Assembly (NCBI GenBank): GCA_020721865.1 | Contig: DYLW01000002.1 | Span: 62,591 to 126,590, forward strand | Direction: 5' to 3' | DNA: 64,000 nt | Origin: Leptospira biflexa | GTDB lineage: Bacteria; Spirochaetota; Leptospiria; Turneriellales; DYLW01 | Shown: piece by piece, positions 40,107 to 49,265 of the stretch | Layout: each line of letters begins with the position of its first letter | How positions within the stretch are numbered: position 1 is the first letter of the stretch | Made by a program: the position numbers and the translations under genes | The notes under the pieces: generated by a model | Databases searched by the model: none | Seen by the model: only the letters and a program-made list of their open reading frames with translations | Told to the model about the DNA's origin: nothing

Positions 40107-41681
40107 TTAATAGTCCATACTTTTCCAACCCTGCAGATATTCATGGAAGACAGTGGGCCGGTTAAAAGAAGTCACATATTTTTTGGGATGAATTTCGTCT
40201 TTAGAAAAAATACGGGATCTCTCCCATACTGGTATGGAGAAATACTGGTAATTCCCTTTTTCTATTATGGCCGATTTGTTTTTTAGAGAGCATTTTTCCG
40301 GGATGGCCATATTGTAACCCCACTGGCCAAAGGACGGAACAAAAACATGATAGGGAATAACCTCCGGAAAAACCTCTTTCATTGTATAGTGTATATTCCA
40401 GAATGCCTCCCCCGCAAACAGCGGAGACGTGGATTGAGTCACCACTATGCCCCCCGGAGCTAATCTTTTCTGGAGAATACGGTAAAATTCACGGGAGTAA
40501 AGCCGGGCAAGCACTTCGTCATGAGGGTCAGGAAAATCTGCGATAATGATATCATAAAGGCCTCCCGGATTCCGCATGAACTGAAAGGCGTCCATGATAT
40601 GCACATGTACCCGTGGATTTCTTACCGCATCCCGGTTGATCATCCGGAAGCCGGGGTGGTTCCGGGCAAGATTCACCATATCGGCATCCAGCTCCACTAG
40701 GTCAATAGATTGAATAAAATCAAACTGGAGAAGGGATGCCAGGGCCAGCCCGTCCCCACCGCCCAGAACCGCTACTTTTTGTGGCCTATCCCTATGACAG
40801 AATACCGCCGGCAATACCAGCATTTCATGGTAGCGGTATTCATCCGTTGTGGAAAACTGGAGGGAACCATCCAGATACAGCCGGAAATCATTGCGGTTCC
40901 GGGTGAGCACAATCCGCTGGAACTGCGTCTGCCCGGAATACACAATATCATCTTCGTAAAGACGCTGCTCCAGAGTCCGTTCAATGACATCCCCGTAAAA
41001 TATCATTCCCAGCATTCCGGCTATGGCCAAGGCGGGCATCCAGACTATGTGTTTTATCCGATGGGGGGGAAGAAGATTAAAGACCAGAATGAGTGCCACA
41101 ACGGAATTGGCTATCCCAATCACCAGGCTGGTCGTTAACCTCCCCAAAAAAGGATACATGACCAGTGGGAATAAAAGACTGCCCGCCAGTCCACCTAAAT
41201 AATCCAGAGAAAGCACATTGGACAGAATATCTTTCAGATCCCCGTACTCTTTTAAAATCCGCGTGATCAGGGGGATTTCCAGACCCACCAGAGTCCCAAT
41301 GAGAACCAGAAAAAAGATGTGCAGATAATAGAACAATTCAGAGATACTGAAAAAATAATAAATAATGAAAACAGAAATCCCGCCTGTCACCCCCAGGAGG
41401 ACCTCCACAACCACAAAAACACGCACCAGATCTTTTTGGAAAAACCGGGACAGATATGACCCCAACCCCATAGAGCTCAGAAAAAACCCAATAGTGAGTG
41501 AATACTGCAAAACAGGATTCCCGGCAAGATAAGACGCCAGAGAACCCAGAATCAGTTCATAAATAATCCCGCAAAGGGAAAGAACAAATACAGAAAAAAG
41601 CAATAAGCCGGGACTCCCGGCTTTTGGATGCTTTTTTTCTCTATTCCCGTTATTTGCCCAACCGGGAGCGGTTTGCTGCAA
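40107..41681 (-). CDS. Polytopic-membrane polyamine aminopropyltransferase (spermidine/spermine synthase fold)
   Basis: About 7 N-terminal TM helices, then VAVLGGGDGLALASLL, IDLVELDADMV, HIMDAFQF and DIIIADFPDP. Confidence 0.8.
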   Translation of the reverse strand: MQQTAPGWANNGNREKKHPKAGSPGLLLFSVFVLSLCGIIYELILGSLASYLAGNPVLQYSLTIGFFLSSMGLGSYLSRFFQKDLVRVFVVVEVLLGVTGGISVFIIYYFFSISELFYYLHIFFLVLIGTLVGLEIPLITRILKEYGDLKDILSNVLSLDYLGGLAGSLLFPLVMYPFLGRLTTSLVIGIANSVVALILVFNLLPPHRIKHIVWMPALAIAGMLGMIFYGDVIERTLEQRLYEDDIVYSGQTQFQRIVLTRNRNDFRLYLDGSLQFSTTDEYRYHEMLVLPAVFCHRDRPQKVAVLGGGDGLALASLLQFDFIQSIDLVELDADMVNLARNHPGFRMINRDAVRNPRVHVHIMDAFQFMRNPGGLYDIIIADFPDPHDEVLARLYSREFYRILQKRLAPGGIVVTQSTSPLFAGEAFWNIHYTMKEVFPEVIPYHVFVPSFGQWGYNMAIPEKCSLKNKSAIIEKGNYQYFSIPVWERSRIFSKDEIHPKKYVTSFNRPTVFHEYLQGWKSMDY

Positions 41682-41951
41682 TTACCGGGAAATTTCCTGG
41701 CTTTGTGCAGGAGAAGAAGATTTTGTTGCCGATGGGGATACAATTACGGACGCAACAATAATGGATATCCCCAAAATCACTGCACCAATAATAATTCCCA
41801 GAGAAATATTCTGATCCTCTTCAATCTCCTTTTTCACTGAAAAAGGTGTTACCAGATTAACCAGAAAAAACCCCAACGCCATCAAAATTACTCCCACCAG
41901 GGAATAAATCACCGTATCCAGAATTCCAACTCCTAAAGCTGCTATATCCAT
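41682..41951 (-). CDS. DUF350-family small membrane protein
   Basis: 89 aa with two hydrophobic helix pairs (VIYSLVGVILMALGFFLVNLVTPF / ISLGIIIGAVILGISIIVASVI). Its stop abuts the aminopropyltransferase start. Confidence 0.7.
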   Translation of the reverse strand: MDIAALGVGILDTVIYSLVGVILMALGFFLVNLVTPFSVKKEIEEDQNISLGIIIGAVILGISIIVASVIVSPSATKSSSPAQSQEISR

Positions 41952-41988
41952 TTTCTCCTCCGTTATTTTATTCTAAATTCAAGACTAT

Positions 41989-42177
41989 TTATTTTCCCGT
42001 GCGAAAGCTACCGGATCTGTGTGCTCCATAAATCATGCTTCCCGTCCTCACTGATTTTCTGATTTCGGCCTGCTTTTTCACATACTGCGGTCCGATGTGC
42101 GGATACCCCACATGCTGGTTGGAAAGCACAAACGCACCTCCAAAAACCAAGGCAGATATAATTATGCTGCGGATCAT
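41989..42177 (-). CDS. Small single-pass membrane protein (hypothetical)
   Basis: 62 aa with an N-terminal TM segment IIISALVFGGAFVL and a basic tail. Fits the operon spacing. A competing overlapping frame exists at 42008..42190. Confidence 0.35.
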   Translation of the reverse strand: MIRSIIISALVFGGAFVLSNQHVGYPHIGPQYVKKQAEIRKSVRTGSMIYGAHRSGSFRTGK

Positions 42178-42207
42178 TGTATTTCTCCATTAATTTTATT
42201 TGCGGTA

Positions 42208-43614
42208 TTACTCATCGTCATCCTCATCATCGTCATCTTTTTTTGCACTGGAATTCCTCAATCCGCCATCCAGATACAGCATCACACCCAGCACCAGGCT
42301 TGCCAGGAGATAATACCAGGAACTATGTGTTTCACTTGTCACGATGGGGATCCAGTTATCCTTTTGGGGATTTTTACTGAAAATCTGCTGGTACAGATAA
42401 TAATCACCCGGATCATCCATAACCGCAAGTTCACTGGAAAACGTGGTACTCTCTGTCCATGGCCCCTCCGAATCCCTTCCGCTTTCATGCCAGAAGTCTT
42501 CCTGGAAGGAATAATTCTCCACCACTTTTTCCAACGTATCAATATCACCCAAATAATTATTCAAAAGAGTGGCATTTTCCTGAGTGATGGGTTTTCCAAA
42601 TTCCTTTGCCAGTAAATCCGCTTTGATGAGATACACTTTGGACGCCACCCAGTCATTGTTCAGATGCTGGATTTTCTGATCCACGAACAGGTCAAATCCA
42701 TAAAGCTGGCTTTTGCGTTTTAAGGCCACCGGCCCATGCAGAATACCTCCAGAATAAAAATTTCCGTTTTTTTCCACCTGTACTTTATTTATTTCCAGAA
42801 TAATTTTCTGTGATGGAGCGGGCAAACCCTTATCAAAGAAATTTACCCCAACAAAAAAGATAAAACTCAACGCAAGGGCTGCCCCGTACACCAGTGCCCG
42901 GGTTTTTCCTTTTTTTTGTGCGTCTCCCATTTCTTTGAGATGAGCCACTTTGTCTGCGGAAACATTGAAAGCGGTAACCACCTCTTCATAAGAATAAAAA
43001 TCGCCCTTTGTTATGGAAATTTCGGATTCCGTTTGCTCCACGGTGTACTGGTTCTTGCCGATGGCAAAATCATAGAGCTGCATCCCCTCCCCAATTTGGG
43101 GAATCCAGGGAAGCTCTCCATCAAAATCGGCAATCCTTCCCACAAATCCGGTATCTTCCCGGGAAATGCTTTTTCCGTTGAACTCAATCACATCGTCCGA
43201 TGAGTATAAATCCAGACTTTCCGGAACATGCTCCTGATACAGATAATAACCGGCCTTGCCGTCTTCTGCCTCCACCAGATAACCAAACCAGCCCTCTGCG
43301 GATAGTAAAACCCATTCATCCCATGGATATGGTTCGGTGTCCTCCTCATCCTGGTAGCGGAGCCGCCCCACTATCTCAAATTCCATTCCCCGGAGCGTTC
43401 CCTTGGTTCCCAACTGGAATAATAGGCCGGAGTTATCGGTAAAAAGCTCGTGGAAATAATGGTAGTATTCCGGGGTTTTGGGGTCATATTCCGCACCGCA
43501 GGAATTACACTTGGCTACGTTTATCTTCTCCCCGTCCTCTTCCCGATATGTTTTTTTGATATCATTGGAGCCACAGGCTGTGCACTCCATTTTAATAACT
43601 TTTTCTGTGGCCAT
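42208..43614 (-). CDS. Zn-ribbon / DUF4178 membrane protein with an acidic C-terminal tail
   Basis: CTACGS...CNSCGA ribbon and a DUF4178-like core (GMEFEIVGRLRYQ...PWDEWVLL, DFDGELPW). TM helices at about aa 245-265 and 440-455. The tail is KKDDDDEDDDE. Confidence 0.7.
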   Translation of the reverse strand: MATEKVIKMECTACGSNDIKKTYREEDGEKINVAKCNSCGAEYDPKTPEYYHYFHELFTDNSGLLFQLGTKGTLRGMEFEIVGRLRYQDEEDTEPYPWDEWVLLSAEGWFGYLVEAEDGKAGYYLYQEHVPESLDLYSSDDVIEFNGKSISREDTGFVGRIADFDGELPWIPQIGEGMQLYDFAIGKNQYTVEQTESEISITKGDFYSYEEVVTAFNVSADKVAHLKEMGDAQKKGKTRALVYGAALALSFIFFVGVNFFDKGLPAPSQKIILEINKVQVEKNGNFYSGGILHGPVALKRKSQLYGFDLFVDQKIQHLNNDWVASKVYLIKADLLAKEFGKPITQENATLLNNYLGDIDTLEKVVENYSFQEDFWHESGRDSEGPWTESTTFSSELAVMDDPGDYYLYQQIFSKNPQKDNWIPIVTSETHSSWYYLLASLVLGVMLYLDGGLRNSSAKKDDDDEDDDE

Positions 43615-43616
43615 AA

Positions 43617-44219
43617 TTACCGCACCTCAATATCCCGGCGCAGAAGCACCCGCCCGGAAAACAACTCTACTTCGTCTTCCGAATATTCAATGGAAATCTT
43701 CTTCCCTTCCGATATTCCCTCAATATAGGAAACCTTCGTTCCCGGCTCCAGATAAAAGGAGAGTTCTCCCTCTCCACCCTCAATTTCGGCATCCCCTTTT
43801 TCTTTGACCATGACCTTTTTCCCTCCCAAGATAAAAATCATACCCGGCTTGAGACTGGCCACGGCGGAAACGTCCACCGCTTCCTCCAGATTTGTATACA
43901 GGGTGTATGTCCCTTCGTCCTCCGCGAACCAGGAAGGCTGGCCGTCGTAATCCAGAAACCACTCGTCAAAGTGCCCTCCGGAATACTTATACCGCATAAA
44001 ACCCAACGCAGAAAAGGATTTCCCCAAAATGGTGCCGGATGCCCCCACCTTGAAAATGGACGGAACCACGGCCAGCTTGGGATATTTTCCCTGCTCATTG
44101 AGTCCGCCTTCTTCCTGGATTTTCATGTGGGTTCCACAATAGTCACAGACAATGACTTTACTGAACCGGTTTTTTACCGCTACCGGAGCTCCGCAGGACG
44201 TACAGGTGTAATCTGCCAT
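43617..44219 (-). CDS. Zn-ribbon / DUF4178 protein (soluble paralogue)
   Basis: CTSCGA...CDYCGT ribbon, then GKSFSALGFMRYKYSGGHFDEWFLDYDGQPSWF. A 2 bp gap to the downstream paralogue. Confidence 0.7.
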   Translation of the reverse strand: MADYTCTSCGAPVAVKNRFSKVIVCDYCGTHMKIQEEGGLNEQGKYPKLAVVPSIFKVGASGTILGKSFSALGFMRYKYSGGHFDEWFLDYDGQPSWFAEDEGTYTLYTNLEEAVDVSAVASLKPGMIFILGGKKVMVKEKGDAEIEGGEGELSFYLEPGTKVSYIEGISEGKKISIEYSEDEVELFSGRVLLRRDIEVR

Positions 44220-44239
44220 AATTTTTCCTTTTTTGTGGT

Positions 44240-45247
44240 TTACATAGAAGCTAATATTTCATTTTTCTTGGTGTCATATTCCTGCTGGGAAATCAAACCG
44301 CCATCCAGCATCTGCTTCAGCTTCTGCAACTTGGCCATGGGATCATTGGCCGGTGGTGCCGCCTGGGCTCCCGGCTGTTGCATACCCGGATTCATCATAT
44401 TTCCCATCATGGCCCCCATCTGGTTACCCATGGAAAAGCCCATGCCTGCTCCCATCATGCCTCCGGCCATACCTTCATTTCCGGCAGCCTTTTCCATTGT
44501 GTCAAATGTCCGCCGCTTATCATAATCACTGCCCATTATTTTCATTTCTGCTTTATCTGCCAGAATTTTCTTGAGACGCTTAACGGTTTCATCTTCTTCT
44601 GGAATATTAATGGACTGGACATTGAATTTGACCAGCTCTAATTGGAATTCATGGAATTCATCCTGTATCTTGTTTTTTCCGGCCTCTCCGATTTCATCCA
44701 AATATGCTGTCAGCTTGAGGGCAGAGACATTCTGTTTGATCATGAATTCAGAGATTAAGTCCTGCAGGCGGGTCATAATAATCTGATCCCGGAGGGTTTT
44801 TGCAATATCTTCCGTGGTCTTGGCCTGCCAGCTACCAATGGCCATCAGAAGAAATTCTTTGGGATCTTTTAACTTGATGGAATAACTGCCAAATGCCCGT
44901 ACCGGTATGGACAAATTAAATTCCGGATCCATGATCTGGATGGGCTGGGGAGTTCCCCACTTTAAATCTGGAATAATGGTATTATTTAGAAAGAAAATCT
45001 CTGCCGGGAAAGGGGATTTCCCACCAAAAGGCAGATTCACCAATTTTTCCAGAATCGGAATATTCTTGCTTTCCAGAGTGTGCCTTCCAGGACCCAACGC
45101 ATCGGCCAATTTGCCCTCTTTCATGAAAAACGCAATCTGGTGCTCCCGGACAATGAGCTGTGCACCCATTACCACATCGCCTTCCGGAAAACGGTAAAGA
45201 ATTTCTCCCTCTTTATTCTGCCAGTCCACAACATCAATCAATGCCAT
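44240..45247 (-). CDS. SPFH/Band-7 domain protein of the YdjI type with a C-terminal SHOCT-like motif
   Basis: MALIDVVDW...ILYRFPEG...GAQLIVREHQIAFFMKEGK is typical of the virion-core-like SPFH family. A Met/Gly-rich linker follows, then the C-terminal LQKLKQMLDGGLISQQEYDTKKNEIL. GGAGGG lies upstream of the ATG. Confidence 0.8.
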   Translation of the reverse strand: MALIDVVDWQNKEGEILYRFPEGDVVMGAQLIVREHQIAFFMKEGKLADALGPGRHTLESKNIPILEKLVNLPFGGKSPFPAEIFFLNNTIIPDLKWGTPQPIQIMDPEFNLSIPVRAFGSYSIKLKDPKEFLLMAIGSWQAKTTEDIAKTLRDQIIMTRLQDLISEFMIKQNVSALKLTAYLDEIGEAGKNKIQDEFHEFQLELVKFNVQSINIPEEDETVKRLKKILADKAEMKIMGSDYDKRRTFDTMEKAAGNEGMAGGMMGAGMGFSMGNQMGAMMGNMMNPGMQQPGAQAAPPANDPMAKLQKLKQMLDGGLISQQEYDTKKNEILASM

Positions 45248-45419
45248 CGCTACCCTCCATGAAAAATATTAGAAGTACAAGTCCAAGTTTTGCTTTGATT
45301 GTCAATCGGAAAAAAAGTTTTTGGCGTATATTAATTCGTTGTTAATATCCCGCTGGTCAATATTATTGTGGAAAAAGGTATGTAAGATAAGCGTTTAATC
45401 TATCCGGAATCCACTGATT

Positions 45420-48400
45420 TTATTCGGGATTTTTGAAAAGAGACAAAATTTCTTCCCTGGTCAGCTTTTTCAGAAAACTTTCTTCGGAAGAGACAAATGT
45501 TTTATAGAGTTCCATTTTATCCTTCTGCAATTCCATAATTTTCTCCTCCACACTGTCTTTTGTGATGAATCTATAAGCAAAAACGTTTTTATCCTGCCCA
45601 ATGCGGTGTGTCCGGTCAATAGCCTGTTTCTCCACAGCAGGGTTCCACCATGGGTCCAGGATAAATACATAATCCGCTTCTGTGAGGTTAATGCCCACCC
45701 CCCCGGCCTTTAGACTGATCAGGAATACCTGTAGATTTTTATCCTGCTGAAAATTCTCAATGGCCATTTTTCTCTTCTGGGGAGAGAGCGATCCATCCAG
45801 GTATGCATAGGATATCCCCCTTTCTGCGAGGGCTTTTTCCGTGATTTTCAGCATTTTCACGAACTGAGAGAATACCAGAAGTTTGTGATTTTCTGTCACC
45901 GCTTCCTCCAGCATCTCCATCATACGGTTGAATTTTCCGGATGGTACGGATAGATACCGATCATCCACAAGGCCGGGATGGACAGCAATCTGGCGGGTAC
46001 GCAACAGGGCTTCCAGAATCCCGGCCAAAAGCTGTGTGCCCATTTTATCCTCCAGCTTTTTGGAAAGATCTTCATAGTATTGTCCGGAGTAAGCAAGATA
46101 TATTTCTCTTTGCTGCTCTTCCATTTCACTATATATATTGATTTCTTCCTTTGCCGGTAAATCCTTGGCCACATCCTCTTTTTTTCTCCGCAGGATAAAA
46201 GGATGGATAATCTTCTGAAGCTCTCTTGTTTTGCTACCATCCTGGTATTTCTGTATGGGGTTTCCATAGACTTTGCGAAACCAGTTCAGTGACCCCAGAA
46301 TCCCCCGGTTTACCAGATTCATTTGTGCCCAGAGTTCAAAGATATTATTTTCCACCGGCGTACCTGTCATGGAAATTCTATAAGAGGCAGGAATATCCAT
46401 GATTGCTTTATATGCCTTTGTATGGGCATTTTTCACATACTGGCTTTCATCCAGAATCAAAAAATCAAAATTGAACGTCTGGAAAACATCTGCATCCATC
46501 CGGAGTGTCTGGTAACTGACCAGAATCAGATCATAATTGGAAAAATAATCGTTGCTTTTCTTTCTTTGATAGCCATGATAAGAAAATGCCTTCAGAGAGG
46601 GAGTGAATTTTTCTATTTCATTCCGCCAATTAAACATAGTGCTCAAAGGCAACACAATCATAGATGTTCCCAATTGCCCTTTGTCCTGCAGAGATTTAAG
46701 AAGAGAAAGCATTTGCAGCGTTTTTCCCAATCCCATATCATCTGCCAGAATCCCGCCCAAGCCATATTCTCGCAGAAAATTCAACCAATTCAGGCCTTCC
46801 TGCTGGTAGCGGCGCAACATTGTGTTCGCGATATTGGGAGGAGGTATTTTTTCTATGGTTTGGAAATTCTTTATTTTTTCATAGATGCGAAGTCTTTCTA
46901 CCAACTGGGAAGGGAAGGTGATGCCGGGCTTTTGGGATATCTCTTCCAATGAGGCGAAGTGCCCTTCATGAACCTGGAACCCTTCCTGGGTTCGCACAGA
47001 CTTACCGATGTATTTTCGCAAAAAATTAATGTCTTCTTTGGAAAGGATCATCCAGCCCGATTTAGTTGTAACAATAGAATTGTACTCAAGGTCGTGTCCC
47101 TCAATACTATTCAGGAGGGTCTTGATCTCCTCTGCAGATATCTTCTTCTTTTCCTCATCTTCTCCAGAAATATTCACGGAAAACCAGTTTTTATCATAGC
47201 GGACATTATAGGAAAGTTGGACTCTTTTTACTGCGGATGGTTTTTTATAGATGCGAATATAATGACCGCTGGATAATATCTCTTCACCAAATTTTGCAAG
47301 AAAAGACGCCTCGTTGGGATAATAATCAAAGAATTTGCTGTGATTGGGACCATAAAGCCTGTCTCTATCACTTCCCTCTCTGTTCCAATAATGATCAAAG
47401 ATTTTTTTCTCAAATTCAAAATCACGGAGAGTAATTATACCGGTAACTTTTTTACCCTTTGCATTTTCTTTCCGGAAAAAATTCCTTGTTTCTTCATCCA
47501 AAGCGGCTATTTCCTGTCCGTCATAGGAAAAAATCAAACGCACACCCACCATGCCCATATAGTCAGATTCATTTTTTTCAAATAATTCTAAAATCACTTG
47601 TGGAGTGCCCGTCTCCATTTTGTATGTCATGGGTTTATAATCCAATATCAATGCATTGGAATTATGCTTTTTGACCCAATTCTGCATGGTCTCCAGTTCC
47701 CGTTTGCTACGAATAACCGGATCTTCCATCAATTCAGAAAGAACCAGAAGGATGGATGCATCTTTACAGAAATAATAATAAATAGTATTTTCCTTATAGG
47801 GGATGAAGACCAGAAAATCGCCGGAAATACCATGCCGAAAAGTATCCCCGGTGTTTCTCACTGTATAGGAAGCGTCATTATCCAACTTGCAGTGAAACAC
47901 GGTTTCTGCCTGCATCATGGAATCCTCATTCAGGAAAAAATCAAAATCCAGACCTATGCTGGATACTTTTTCCATGGTATAGAAATTTTCATCTTCAAAG
48001 GAGAAAATCTTACGAATGCCCGCTTCCAGGAGAAAGGGAAAGATTTCAAAAAGGTCTGCTTTTCCACCCACGGCAAGAACCCGGGGAAGAAGCATTTGCT
48101 CTGTGGTGTCCAGAGAAAAGGTGTATCGGGATATATTTTTTGGAGTGACCATTATCCCGCGATTCCAGGAATGCTCTTTTTCCCGAATCAGGAATTGGAC
48201 GGAATACGTTATTTTCTGGCTGTTCCCCCATTGGCCGTATTTCAAGCCAAGCTGCATGACCATTTTTTCCTCTTGAGATTTATTTTTTGTCATCTCCGGA
48301 TCCAGAAGCAGGGCCTTGAGGCGGTCATCATTTTCGAACATAGAAAAGGGCAGATCGTCCAACCCAATCTCCCCTTCTGGGATTTTGAATTTCTGCGGGG

Positions 48401-48707
48401 TCTCTGGTTTTTTATTTTCCCCGGGTTTGACATGGGTATACACATAATCCGCATAAACGGTGATTACGTGCGGACAATAGTTTCGGGAAGAGCAGGTGCA
48501 GGTGAATTTCTCAATAGTATCTCTTTCTGTCAGCTTTATGGTGACATGATTACTGGTTTTTCCTATTCCTTTTACAGTGGCAATAACCAGATTATCGCGA
48601 GGGATAACTTCCAACCCACCGCTCACATAGTAATTACTCACAGCATGTTCAAACTTGCTCATGCCGATGACTTTTTTAATAAAATGGGTTGAATCGCTAT
48701 ACGCCAC
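45420..48707 (-). CDS. SNF2-family helicase with an N-terminal SWIM zinc finger
   Basis: SWIM motif CTCSSRNYCPH. Motif I ILADDMGLGKTLQ, motif II LILDESQYVKN, and helicase-C LISLKAGGVGINLT...DPWWNPAVEKQAIDRTHRIGQ. The track start is GTG 48707; an alternative ATG lies at 48662. Confidence 0.9.
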   Translation of the reverse strand: MAYSDSTHFIKKVIGMSKFEHAVSNYYVSGGLEVIPRDNLVIATVKGIGKTSNHVTIKLTERDTIEKFTCTCSSRNYCPHVITVYADYVYTHVKPGENKKPETPQKFKIPEGEIGLDDLPFSMFENDDRLKALLLDPEMTKNKSQEEKMVMQLGLKYGQWGNSQKITYSVQFLIREKEHSWNRGIMVTPKNISRYTFSLDTTEQMLLPRVLAVGGKADLFEIFPFLLEAGIRKIFSFEDENFYTMEKVSSIGLDFDFFLNEDSMMQAETVFHCKLDNDASYTVRNTGDTFRHGISGDFLVFIPYKENTIYYYFCKDASILLVLSELMEDPVIRSKRELETMQNWVKKHNSNALILDYKPMTYKMETGTPQVILELFEKNESDYMGMVGVRLIFSYDGQEIAALDEETRNFFRKENAKGKKVTGIITLRDFEFEKKIFDHYWNREGSDRDRLYGPNHSKFFDYYPNEASFLAKFGEEILSSGHYIRIYKKPSAVKRVQLSYNVRYDKNWFSVNISGEDEEKKKISAEEIKTLLNSIEGHDLEYNSIVTTKSGWMILSKEDINFLRKYIGKSVRTQEGFQVHEGHFASLEEISQKPGITFPSQLVERLRIYEKIKNFQTIEKIPPPNIANTMLRRYQQEGLNWLNFLREYGLGGILADDMGLGKTLQMLSLLKSLQDKGQLGTSMIVLPLSTMFNWRNEIEKFTPSLKAFSYHGYQRKKSNDYFSNYDLILVSYQTLRMDADVFQTFNFDFLILDESQYVKNAHTKAYKAIMDIPASYRISMTGTPVENNIFELWAQMNLVNRGILGSLNWFRKVYGNPIQKYQDGSKTRELQKIIHPFILRRKKEDVAKDLPAKEEINIYSEMEEQQREIYLAYSGQYYEDLSKKLEDKMGTQLLAGILEALLRTRQIAVHPGLVDDRYLSVPSGKFNRMMEMLEEAVTENHKLLVFSQFVKMLKITEKALAERGISYAYLDGSLSPQKRKMAIENFQQDKNLQVFLISLKAGGVGINLTEADYVFILDPWWNPAVEKQAIDRTHRIGQDKNVFAYRFITKDSVEEKIMELQKDKMELYKTFVSSEESFLKKLTREEILSLFKNPE

Positions 48708-48942
48708 GATGTGATTTTATTATCCGGACATTACCGGTAAAGCATAATTTATCATGACCGATGGGAATATGCGATCCCGCGAGAATCCGGCTCAATGGAA
48801 TCAAAAATGGTACATTTCTTCAAAACGCAATTTGTTTTTTTCCACGCCAATGTATCCTATCATGGAAACTCCGGCTTTTTTACGGAGTTCACGGTTTCAC
48901 ATCCAATTTCTTTGATCTTCATATTATCTCTCCAAAATTTAT

Positions 48943-49173
48943 TTATTCCGTTTTTTCCTTTGACAGAGATTCTTCCGCACGGGCAATCAGGTTTTTCAGT
49001 TCTGCGATGGCGTCCACATTCAAAGACACACCTTTTTTTCCCGGAGCATACTCCCCGTTGTCATCCTTGAACCATATACGGATATCCAGATATTTTTTCC
49101 CCTTAAATTCACTGATGGACACCCGGGTAATTTCTGTTGTGTTGCGTGGTATATCTCCAATAATATCATTCAT
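48943..49173 (-). CDS. PC4/YdbC-like single-stranded DNA-binding protein
   Basis: From the internal ATG 49173: MNDIIGDIPRNTTEITRVSISEFKGKKYLDIRIWFKDDNGEYAPGKKGVSL, the YdbC/PC4 beta-sheet pattern. Confidence 0.6.
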   Translation of the reverse strand: MNDIIGDIPRNTTEITRVSISEFKGKKYLDIRIWFKDDNGEYAPGKKGVSLNVDAIAELKNLIARAEESLSKEKTE

Positions 49174-49265
49174 TTTCTGCGTTCCTCTTCGGCAGAATTC
49201 CCCTGCGGATTCCGGTGTCAAGCCCAATGGGATGCGGACACTAACAACCCGGATGCAGATATCAC

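Noticed and set aside
42008-42190. An alternative 60 aa ORF overlapping the 62 aa small TM ORF in another frame.
   Set aside because: The 41989..42177 frame has a clean N-terminal TM helix and fits the operon spacing better. Neither is strongly supported, and only one is listed.
48867-48922. A small ORF with a good SD (GGAGAG) right after the PC4-like gene, plus a 7 bp hairpin (AACTCCG-N8-CGGAGTT).
   Set aside because: My first reading gave 33 codons. On re-checking the sequence base by base, the ORF is only 8 codons (MKIKEIGL-stop). The hairpin has no following U-tract on either strand, so it is not called as a terminator.
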